A stretch of DNA of 64,000 nt, from NCBI GenBank assembly GCA_051294375.1, contig JBJCIZ010000239.1:5629936-5693935 (forward strand), read 5' to 3'. Numbering within the stretch: the stretch's first letter is position 1; each line of letters opens with the position of its first letter. Positions 26,536-41,110 of this stretch are shown here, piece after piece. Below the pieces are notes generated by a model. It made no database searches. It saw only the letters and a program-made list of their open reading frames with translations, and was not told the DNA's origin. The position numbers were made by a program, and so were the translations under genes. The DNA comes from Paraspadella gotoi. Taxonomy: Eukaryota > Animalia > Chaetognatha.

Positions 26536-28997
26536 GTAGCTTTACCCGGTTTTTAAAAGAAACACGACATACATAGGTTTAAGTCTGAGAAAAAAAGAGA
26601 AACAGGACTTCTATTCTGTTAATGTCAGTTAATGTTAATAACAATGTCCTCAGTGGTTACGTCCGGGGTTATTGTGTCTTTGTCACCGCCTCGGCATTCT
26701 CCTCCTCCTCTTTCCTTCCTTCTCCTTCTCTCTCTCTCTCAGTGGTGATATGTGAATGTGATATCTGTCCTTCAGAGTCATGGTCAATGTTTCATATCCT
26801 TTCGTCGACGATACGATATCAACAACGTACAACAACGACACAAAACACAGGATGTAAAAATGAAGAATTGGGGGGGGGGGCCGATGAGGAGACAGTGGAG
26901 TCATACGTAAAACTGTTTGAGGAAAGAGCAAGCATTCTCTAAAAGTCTTTTTTAAAAATGTTATCGCCCTTGTTATCTTAGTTAAAGCCACTTAAGGGCA
27001 TTTATTGTTTGAATGGGTTCACTATTTTTCATAGGTCCTCTCTCTCTCTCTCTCTCTTTTGTCTTTTTTTAAACTGAGAAGACAGCACTTATACAGTGGA
27101 ATATTATAACCCCCCCCCAAAAAAAAGATCAAGAATTCTTTGTCAAGAAATGGACTGAAAAACCGGGGACCGCTTTGGCGCCATTAAAGTTATATAAGTT
27201 TCTTATCCGACTTGGAAGTCTCGATATTTAATGGGTACCTTAATAAAATATCAAAGCATTTCATAGATATTCATAAAATACATATCAATGAAATATAAAC
27301 TAATTAATAAAAGAAGCAATAGTAAATGATAATAAACAAATCCACAAAGAATCACTAAGCGCCATTGAAGCCGTCCACAAACGTTATATTAGAGAAGCAG
27401 TCCCGTTTCCAGAGCAGAAATCTGGAATATGACCGCCAAAGAAGGCAGAGAAAGAGAACAAACGTCGATATCTCCTATTATTAAAAGAGGCATCTGAGTT
27501 GTGTAGATATTCGTCTGGACTTTACATTACTGGCGACTTGTACTTTCATTTTTAAGAAAAAAAATAACATTTTTAAATGATTAGTTTTTTATATAATCAT
27601 GTTGTACTATCATACCGTTAATTATCGTACTATTTGTATCCATTACAGATTTCGATTCCGACGTTGTTTTCCATGAGGAAGTTGCCTTTCCAAAATCGAG
27701 TCCATTGCGGGAATAACCTCAATCGCCTTCTTTTTGAAAAAGTTTAAAGGTTAAGCCTCTTTTTAGATTGCACTTCGTTGCAATGGTAAACCGAGTTCTG
27801 TTTTTTTTTTTTTTTTTTTTTTCTCCCTCGTTTTCAGACGAAAAAATCGACGAGGAGCCTTGCCAGAAAAGGATCGCCGCGTTTCGAAACCGTTGAAATT
27901 CCATTGATGTTTACCAATTGGACGGGCGATTGCCCGACTTTGTGAGCGATTCGGGTTGAGTTTCAAAACGATTATTAATCAACTTTTTTTAAAAATATTG
28001 TTATTTATTGTTTTATTGTCCGCTTATTGTTTCGCAAAAAAAAAAAAAAGCTTATGGTGTTAGAGATTAGCGGGATAAGAATTATGTATTAAATAAGTTA
28101 AGAACTTATTCATGTAAACATTAAGGTAAAATTAAAACAAATTCCGCCCCATCTCTCGTCCAGAAGATGCTCCGACCAATCTCGCCCCATTCGAGGAGCC
28201 TTTCCCCGAAATCGTTCAACTATCTCCATGAAACTTTTAATCGAATTGAATGACATCATAGGAGTTGTCGTTCGTCGTCGTCGTCTTCTCGCGACCCTCC
28301 TCCTCCTCCTCCTGCCTCCGGCATGCCCCCATCGCCGCCGTCTCCTGCGTCGAATGCTGAAAAACGAACGTGTCCTCCAACGCATAATCGAAAGACTTGG
28401 ACGAAGGTATCGTCGTTCGTCGACCGAAGTGTGGGTCGCGGGGGGACGGAGCTGCGGCGCAGGTTGGACGTGATGAAATTAATTTGGATTTGGATAATTT
28501 TGTGCCTGGTCGTGGTCGGTCCGTTGTATGGCGTCCCCGATTTAGCTGACCCGCGTAGCGAGAAACTTACCCATCTGAGACTCACCATGGACCAACTGCT
28601 TCCAAAAACCCCTCAAGCCCTTACAACCCTACTCTTTGGATGATTTACTCTTAAATATATTATACCCTCTCACTTAAAAACAACTTAAAAAATTCTCACC
28701 TTAAAACACCGACCCCTTCACGGGTTACACGCCAACCATTCTCAACTGTATCCCACCTTCAGGTAACCTGTAACGACCACTCCCAACTGCCCAATCCCCC
28801 CTGGTGATCCACTGCGAACCCTGAACGGCCCCTCTTCCTCTTCACCCCTAATTAACCCCTCGCTGTAAACCTATAACCCTTTAATCACCCCCGAAACCAC
28901 GAAAACAAAATTTGATCTTTGGTTTTTGTAAATACTAAATTAGTCAAGTTATTGAATTTCTCTTCTTGCGACGAAATTAGTTGTACGCTTGACAGTC

Positions 28998-29295
28998 TTT
29001 TTAGGTCGGGAATTTCTGCTTACAGCAGATTCCGGCTCTATAATTCACTTTTCGTCGGTCCATCCGGTCGGCCCCCCAATTTGTTTGGGGCATTAACATT
29101 ATCATGTCAGGCAACATCGAATAATTTTATGATCGAGATTGTTGTTTTTTGATTGAGAGGCGAGATTTTTTTAACACAAATAAAAAAATAATATTAATTA
29201 ATAATTAATTAATTAATTAATTATTAATGTATCTGATCAGCTGCTTACCGCTTAATGATCCGTGGCAGATCCGGTATTGTTTGCTCAAACTTATT
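28998..29295 (+). mobile_element. Non-autonomous Helentron/DINE-1-like (HINE) element, apparently complete
   Basis: The 5' end has a T-run, a hairpin (tctgct tac agcaga), ctataattcactttt and a GTCG/GTCC microsatellite. The 3' end ggcagatccggtattgtttgctcaaactt is shared with 55990-56056, and the 5' part is shared with 49604-49730. Confidence 0.55.
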
Positions 29296-29864
29296 AAACG
29301 CCCTATCATTTTGTTAAACAAAATAATGTTCTGGGGGGTTGTGAACCGGTTACAAAAGATAGAACTAACAATCTAAATTTATTTATTCTAATTATTCTAA
29401 TTTTTCAAATTTTTATTGCTAATAGTAGTTAGATAATCTATTCGTAATTTAATTACTAAATGGATTATTAAAAATAAAAAAAAATTCTGACAATTTTTTG
29501 TTTAATATTTTTAAATCTTACATTAATGTTTATTAACAAAAATAATTCTTTGGGATGGCAGGTCACAAGATTTTAAGAACTTACAGATCTAATTTATGAA
29601 TTTATTGTTGCCCGGATTTCGGTAAATTTTTACCCGCAAATTTATTTAAAATTGTAAATTAATCGTTGAAAAAGAAAATCGCGACCATTATTTTTTCCAA
29701 AAACAAAAGGCAGGTAATACAAAAGTAACGATCAGACGAATTAAAAAAAAAAAAAAAAACACAAATAGTCATTTATATTAACGGAATTATAAAATCAAAA
29801 TTGTTTAAAAAAATTAGAATAAAACGTTCGTTTGTGATATTATGAGTCGCCTTTTTACTCACAG

Positions 29865-30146
29865 ACCCAAGACGCATGGCATTTCGTCGGCCGGCAGGCC
29901 CACGGGCACGGGCATGGTAAATCCGGGCATGGTGTCGACGGGAAATTGGTTGTAAATCCGGCATGGTCCCACTGGCCATGGCGTGATCGACGGGCATGTA
30001 AATCCGGGGGGCATGGTTTGTACGACGCGCGGGAATGGTTAAATCCCGGCAATGGTATGTCGACGGGCATGGTAAATCGGGCTATGGGTTGTCGACGCGT
30101 GGGAAATGGTAAATCGGGCATGGTGTCGACGGGAATGCAATGGTAA
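29865..30146 (+). CDS. Candidate terminal exon built from a degenerate 30-nt repeat (GMVNPGMVST-type or GHGKSGHGVD-type peptide), broken by indels
   Basis: Acceptor tttttactcacag| at 29864/29865, followed by a GC-rich island of repeated ggcatggtaaatccgggcatggtgtcgacg units. The GMV frame ends GMVSTGMQW-TAA at 30146. Confidence 0.4.
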   Translation, partial: TQDAWHFVGRQAHGHGHGKSGHGVDGKLVVNPAWSHWPWRDRRACKSGGHGLYDAREWLNPGNGMSTGMVNRAMGCRRVGNGKSGMVSTGMQW

Positions 30147-31322
30147 TGGCCGCGCAGGCGATTTAACTCAAACAACCCACAAATCTTATTAATGGTTAAT
30201 CTGTTAATCTTTCGTTCACCTTTGACGGCTAATTAATGCGTAGACGAATGACGAACGATGAGACGACGATGACGACGTACGCAACGATGACGACTCTCGC
30301 TGAGAGAGAGAGAGAGAAAGAGAGACAGAGTTTTGAGCAAAGGAAAACCAATCAGAGGCTGTCGTTAATCACTCGCAAGGGAAAGAAAGAAGGTGAATCT
30401 AAGAAATAACTCACCAAAAGGAAAAAAAGATGATTTTAGTGAGAGTGATTAAATCAAGCATCACAAGATATTAAATCAGTAAAGGTACAACCAGAAATGG
30501 ATCAAACGAATATAAAAGAAATGGTGATTTTTTTTTCCATTATAAAGTGAAAATGGTTCTAAAACTTTAATAACATGATCATGAAACATCAAATTTAAAG
30601 TAACAGAAATACAATAATGTAAAATTCATTAGTTGTTTTTGGTCGTTGCTTGCCATAAATATTGAAGAAAAATAATAAAGTTAAAATATAAAATTAAAAT
30701 TTAAAATTTTTTCTTTAATTCTCATGGCAAACCAAGACAAAAGAAAACTACAATCCTTGCCCAAATGATTACTATAAAAAACTACAATGTAAACAGAGTT
30801 GGAAGAAAATGTTGAGTAATTTTTAACAATCCCCAAGTTAGGTTATTTTTTTTTCTCTCTACGATTTTCGTATTCACTCCTTTTCGCGTTTTTACCGAGA
30901 AAAAGAAATTCTTTGTCAGACGAGAACCAATATAACGAGAAGTTTTTTTACGACCCAACGGGTAAAAAATTTTTTTTTTCTTTCTGGACGTCGATTGAAA
31001 ACATTTTTTAAAGAGAGAAAAGTCGTTTTGAGCGAATTACGAAAGGGTGACTTTTTTTTTGTGTGATGCATCTCACTGTATGGCGTCTCGGGCTTGGGAC
31101 ACTCAGCGATTGCCTTTTTCCACAGGCGCGATCAGGCTAGTACCCAGTATCATCTAGTAGCTTTACCTTTATCGACTTGGATCAAATAAATTACAATTAC
31201 AAATTTAATATGTAATTGGTAAAACCAATATAAAAATTATCCTTTCATTTATTGAATAAACTGAATTTAAGGCCTCCATCACTCTTACAAGATAATAACA
31301 TAGCAGGTTCCTGCAAGCTTTT

Positions 31323-31385
<63 letters not shown>

Positions 31386-31814
31386 TTTTCAATCCTCTCT
31401 CACAGTTCCCGTACTCAGTCCCTGGCTTTCCTATCAATGAAGTGTTTTTTTTTTTTAATGTTTCAATCGTATATTTTGTTATATTTATGTTTATCTCAAA
31501 TTAATCGATTTATTCACTTATTAACAAATTTATTTCTTTAACCTACCGCTCTCTTTTTCTCTTTTTTTCGTTTTTCTTGGGGGGGAGATGATTTTCACTT
31601 GTCTTAGTTCTTCCCGGTCAACTTTTCTTTTTTCCCCTTTAACCTTTTCTAACCTTTTTTCACTTTTCTTTTTTCCCTAACCCCTTTAACCTTTTCTAAC
31701 CTTTTTTCTCTGTTCTTTTCCATTTTAAAATCTCTATCCATTTTTCAACATTTCCTCATTAGACCCTCTCTAACTTTTTTTGTCTATTTAAAACCATAAG
31801 ACATTTTTTTTGTT

Positions 31815-32130
31815 AGACCTTTTTTACCTTTTTCATCCGTTTGACCTTTTGACCTCGTGACCCATTTTACCTTTTTGACCTCTTGACCCGTTTGTCCCTT
31901 CGACTTATTGACCCGTTTGACCTTTCGACCACTGGATCAGTTTGACCTTTCGACCTCGTGGTCAGTTTGACCTCTTGTTCAATTTGACCTTTCGACCTCG
32001 TGACCAGTTTGGCCTTTTGATCTTTTGATCAATTTGACTTTTCGACACCTTGACCCGTTTAACCTTTTTGACCTCTTGACCCGTTTGACCTCCTGACCCG
32101 TTTGATCTTTTCGACCTTTGACCGACTTTG
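31815..32130 (+). repeat. Degenerate TTTGACC-based minisatellite
   Basis: Many tttgacc/ttcgacc/ttgaccc units in tandem. Confidence 0.8.
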
Positions 32131-32725
32131 TCTCTCACAATTTTTTTCATTTTTGCTCCACTGACCTACGATTCTCTTAAAACTTGAAGGAGGAGCAGGA
32201 GAGGGAAAGGGGGGAGTGAATTAACCGGCGTGTCGCTCTAACGGGAATCCATCGTTCAACAGAGGAAGACGACGACGACGACGACGACGACGAAAAAGAC
32301 GATGACGACGACGAAGAAAATAACAACGACGATGACGATGAAGACAGACGACGAAGACGACGACGACAAATCTCCGGCGACCGATACTTCTGACGGCGAA
32401 GTGCTTCGTCATCTAGTTTTTTTTTTTCCGGCAACGAGACGAGAAACCAACGACAACAACAACAACAACGACCAAATGAAAAAAAATTGTCATTGAGTGA
32501 GTTCAGCAACTGAGAGCAACAGCAATGAGACTGTGATGCAGCATTTTCCGCAACAAAAAGAAACAAAGGCGATGGTTTTCACCGTGAAAACGTGCAAATA
32601 AAATTACCTATAGAAATTGGCCAAGAGGTTTTTACGAGTGAACTGTCCTGGTGATAATACATATAAATACTGGAATTATTTAATTTTTTTACTTAGCGAA
32701 TTTCCTTTCTTTTCGTTGTGTTTGG

Positions 32726-32932
32726 ATTAGTAGAAATAAGTTTGAGTTTATTTGCAACAACGATTTTATTAGTACATAAGGACGTACATGTTTCGGCTTT
32801 AGTTTACATCATAGAAAAATTAAATTTTTCTATGACGCTGAAGAAGGCTTGTAAACTAAAGCCGAAACATGTACGTCCTTATGTACTAATAAAATCGTTG
32901 TTGCAAATAAACTCAAACTTATTTCTACTAAT
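32726..32932. mobile_element. Near-perfect palindrome, probably an extremely 5'-truncated Penelope-like insertion with an inverted pLTR
   Basis: 32726-32808 is the reverse complement of 32850-32932 (83 bp). 32809-32835 is itself a 13+1+13 palindrome. The right arm contains the hammerhead followed by AATAAA motifs. Confidence 0.7.
32834..32877 (+). ncRNA. Minimal type I hammerhead ribozyme (Penelope-like-element type)
   Basis: Stem I GACG/CGTC; core CTGAAGA (32838-32844) plus one extra A; stem II GGCTT/AAGCC with an 8-nt loop; GAAA (32864-32867); palindromic minimal stem III ACATGT; GUA cleavage triplet, with the predicted cut after 32873. Confidence 0.8.
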
Positions 32933-33699
32933 TTTTTTACTGCACTGCGCCTTTAATAAACGTACTTATTAAATGAATATATTAAAAAAAGAAAAGAAAA
33001 TATTTTCGTCATAAAGTCGACGGCCACAATTGTCCAAATGTCACATGGACCCGCGATCGCAACTGCAACATCGACTGAGAACTAATTTGCATCCAGTAGA
33101 TGAATGTCGACCTCGACACAACGACGACGACAATGACGACGATGATGATGACGACAAAAATGACGACGATGGTGATGACGACGATGGCGATGACGACAAA
33201 GAAGACGACGATGACGAAGATGACGACGAAAATGATGACGACGAAGACGACGAAAAAGACGATGAAGCTGAAGACGAGGTCGACGGTGAAGACTAAGACA
33301 ACAGGCGAGGGCCCAAGGGGCCTGCTCCTTTACAACAGGCGCTCCTTGTACTTTACTCTTCCGCCAGTCAAAAACAATAGCAGATCTCTTAGTTTCTTTG
33401 TCTCAAGGTCTCTAGGACTCTTGGTTGCCGGTTCACTAGGTTCTCTGGGTCTTCAGGTCTTCGAGTCACCTAATCTCTGGGTCTGAGGGTCCTTAGGAGG
33501 GGGGGAAAAGAGACCAGACCCAGTTTTTCCTTGGAAACACGAAACTGCAACGTTGTATGTTCCCTTATTACATTCCCTTTACTTCAACCTCCCGGATGTA
33601 TTAGTGATAAGTTTATTTCATTCACCCCGTTGCTTTTTCCCCGCTTACCTCAACCTGGTCCGTCCATTTTCTCTGGATCGGAACGAGACGAGTGAGAGA

Positions 33700-37450
<3,751 letters not shown>

Positions 37451-37564
37451 TTTGCTGTCAACCTCACTTTTCACCCTCACGATGATCACCTCACTGTCTT
37501 AGCACCTTTGTGATAACTCAGCCAGTTCCTCACTTTTTTCGCCACAACCCACGCAAAAACATTG

Positions 37565-37855
37565 AGTCGGTCGGTCAGTCAGTAGTCAGGCTGTTTGTGT
37601 GTCGGTCGGTCGGTCTGGAAGTCAGTCAATCTGTCTGTGAATAAGACAGTTGGTCTGCACTTCAGTGAATTAATCTATTAGTCAGTCAGTCGTTCTTGAA
37701 GTCAGTCAATCGGTATGTCTGCACGTCAGTGAGAAAATCTGTGAGTCAATCAGTTGGTCTGGCAGTCGGTCAATCTGTCTGTGTCAGTTCAGTTGTTCAG
37801 TCGGTCTGGAAGTCGGTCTGGGAGTCAGTCGGTCTGTTAGTCAGTCTGTCGATCA
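37565..37855 (+). repeat. Degenerate GTCA/GTCG/GTCT tetranucleotide array
   Basis: Recurrent gtcagtc/gtcggtc/ggtctg units. Confidence 0.75.
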
Positions 37856-37958
37856 AATTCAAGTAGACAATAAAAAAACGAATGCAAACAACAACAACGA
37901 CAACGGCATAAATATCGACGTCGTTTGGTTTTAAACGTCAGTCCTTTCGACGCAGCCA

Positions 37959-38029
<71 letters not shown>

Positions 38030-39222
38030 CGTTAATTGACGTGTTTTATCTTGGTTTTATTTCCCTTTTTTATCGGAATTTTTTTCTTCTTTTGTCAGCA
38101 GATGGCACGGAGTTTTTTTTATATTTTGTATGAATTGAAATATGTATCTATCGTTAATTCATCGTAGGTCGCATCAATTATTTATAAAATTGTTACAACC
38201 AACATAGTAAAGCTGTCCATTGTTTTAAAAAATAAGCTATCTTATACTAGTTTAAGTCAACCTCTGACGATTTTACATTTTACTTTCTGAGTCAGTGTCA
38301 TCATTGTATTTATGAAAGAGTTTATAATACGAACTAAAATCTTACATTTTTACCCTTAATTTTTAGATTTAAAATATAAAATAATGTTATTATCTTGTAA
38401 GAGTGAAGAATGCCGGTTGGCCTTTGAAACTATCGCATGTTTAAAGTCCGGAGGGAGGATAACTAACTGATTGAATGAATGTCAATTTTTTATGCTCGTT
38501 TTTATGATTTCGATTCTTATGAATTAGTTTATAACTTTAAAAAATAATATTTAGCATCGATAACGATACACAACTATACGAGAACCGAAATGGTTGAAAT
38601 CCATCTTTTATTCGAAACCACAAATATCTTATAAAATCTGATCTAAGTTCAGAAAATTCAAGCAAACTTATTTTTTTACATTTCGTACTTTAAAAAAAAA
38701 TATTTTTTTAGGATTCCTTCCCTCTGATCCGCTTTTTTTTTTATTAACCCAACTTATTTGGTATTTGGCCCCCGAGTCGAAATTTTTATGGGAAACATCA
38801 ACACATTAGCGATTCCATAGAATATCATTACTTTTTTATATCTTTTAGTCTTTGTTGTCCGATAAATGGTTTTCTTTATTTTGGTAGTCGGCTTAGTCGA
38901 CTTGGACGTCGTCGTCGTCTTTATTGTCATCGTCTCGGTCGTTGTCCTCATCGTCTTCATCATCGTCGTCGTGATCTTGGTCGTCATGTGGTTGTTGTTG
39001 TTGTTGTCGTTGTTGTCTTCAAAATCTTGGTCGTTTTTTTTATCGCGTCCTCATCGTCATATTTCCTTGTCGTCATCATTGACGTCCTAGTTGTCATTGT
39101 CATTGTTGTATTCTTGTTCCTCGTCGTCGTTGTCTTGCTCGTCATCATGTCATTGTCTTGGTTCTCGTCTCGTCTTCATCGTCATCGTCTTCATTGTCGT
39201 CATCGTTCACCTCGTCGTCTTG

Positions 39223-39258
<36 letters not shown>

Positions 39259-39658
39259 TCCTGCCTGGCCGAGTGTAAAGCAAGCGGGGTGGTGTTTCGA
39301 CCTCTCCTTCGACTCGGGGCAAACGGTCGAAAAGTGCGCAGGCGATCGATTTTGCCGGTCGACAAGTATCGGAATTCATCAGTCATGATATATGCGACCA
39401 TGTTTTTAAGGTGAGGTAGTCGATCGCACTCTCAACAGGTTTAGCTCTATATGCCTCCTCCTCCTCCTCCTCCTCTGCCCTCCAAATCGAGGATGATTCT
39501 TTTCTTTCTTTTGACGAGATGATCCAAGGCCGAAACCAAAGAGGGAAAGAGGGCGAAGAACGCGGAGAGAGAACAATTTACAAACGCGGTTGTTCTTAAG
39601 AAGAACAATTACGAAAAGAGGTTGTTCTGTGAGAACAATAACGTTAGGAGGTCGAATA

Positions 39659-39695
<37 letters not shown>

Positions 39696-39789
39696 TCTCT
39701 CATCCCCCCCAAAAAAACGCAATGAAATGGATTGACATTGAAATAATTTTGATCTCAATAAAAAAGGGACCGTTTTTAAAATTTCCTTT

Positions 39790-40135
39790 GGCAACCAACC
39801 ACAAGCCAACCCGACGGCGTCCGTTCATTCGCTTGCTCAAGCCCAAACCAGCCCGACGGCGTAAGAACTTCAACTCAGCCAATGTGAGGCCAGGCCAATG
39901 GCGTCCGGTTTTTTGCCTAAGACAAGCCCAAGCCAGCCTAAAGGCCGACGTTCTTTTGCTTGAGCAAGCCCAAACCAGCCCAACAGTGCATTGTCTTCCT
40001 TTCAGACAAGCCCCAAGCCAGTGAACAGTCTAAGTCTAAGCCATCCCGGTGGAAAATGGTTTCATGCTCGGGCAAGACCAAGCCAGCCCGACGGTATCCT
40101 TTCTATTGCTCGGGCAAGTACAAGCCAGTCCGACA
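39790..40135 (+). repeat. Degenerate ~40-45-bp minisatellite (caagcccaaaccagcccgacgg core)
   Basis: About seven diverged copies of the core motif. Confidence 0.7.
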
Positions 40136-40139
40136 GTGA

Positions 40140-41110
40140 TCTTCTAAACTTCCACTCCTCCCTACCTTCCTCTTCCCCTTTTCCTCTCCTTCTTCCTCTA
40201 TCCTTTCCTCGCCCTCCTCCCTCTTTCCTCCTTTATCCCTTCTTTCCTGCTCCTCCCTCCTCCTTCCTACCTCTTTCCTCCTTTTCTTCCTCTCTCTGTT
40301 CCTCTCCCTTCTCCCTCTTTCCTTCCCTTCATCCTCCATCCCTTCCGCTCCATCCTCCCTCTTTCCCTTCCTCCCTCTTTCCTCCCCTTCTTCTCCCTTG
40401 TGGATAAGGCGCGACGTGGGCTGAAGATGACTGACCCTCTAGCAGCCATGGAACGGGTCCCTGGGCTTGGAACCAGGCTTGAGGGTTTGCCATGGCCCCA
40501 AGGCGGCTTACGGTCGTCCTCACGCTTCCCGCAGGATAGGTACCGGGTTGGGATTGAACCCGGTACCTCGTGGTCATGTAGCAGATGGCTTTACTCATGA
40601 GCCACCGGGTCACACAACTGAAAGTGTCATGCTTCTAGGCGGGGTGAAGCCTAGGCAATGCCCGTCTACACCCTCCCCCCTCTTTCCTCCGCTTCTGTCT
40701 CTTTCCTTCCTCTCCCTCCTCCCACTCTTTCTTCCCTTCTTTCCTATATATCCCTTCTTCTTTCTGCTCCCTCTTTCCTCCCCTTCTTCTTTTATCCCTT
40801 CCTCCCCCTCCTCCTCTTTTCCTCCCCTTCTTCTCTATCCCTTCCTCCCTCTTTTCTTCCCTTCTTCCTATATATCCCTTCCTCTTTCTGCTCCCTCTTT
40901 CCTCCCTTCTTCTTCTATCCTTCCTCCCCTCCTCCTCTTTCCTCCCTTCTTCTCTATCCCTTCCTCCCTTTTTCTTCCCTTCTCCTATATATCCCTTCCT
41001 CTTTCTGCCCCTCTTTCCTCCCCTTCTTCTTCTACCCTTCCTCTCCCTCCTCCCTCTTTCCTCCCCTTCTTCCTCTATCCTTCCTCCCTTTTCCTCCTCC
41101 TCTTCCTTCA
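40140..41110 (+). repeat. Polypyrimidine low-complexity region with ~120-bp higher-order repeats, interrupted by the family A SINE
   Basis: A C/T-only strand; cctatatatcccttc recurs at ~40744, 40868 and 40984. Confidence 0.75.
40399..40614 (-). mobile_element. tRNA-derived SINE, family A (best-preserved copy)
   Basis: The minus strand begins GTGACCCGGTGGCTCATGAGTAAAGC (A-box-like), has B-box GGGTTCAATCCC (40561-40550), then the body CCTGCGGGAAGCGTGAGGACGACCGTAAGCCGCC that is shared with three other copies in the window. Confidence 0.8.

Noticed and set aside
33030-33486. Asp-rich and Thr/Met-rich ORFs
   Set aside because: They are degenerate (GAC/GAT)n trinucleotide repeats, which are common throughout the window and open in several frames by construction.
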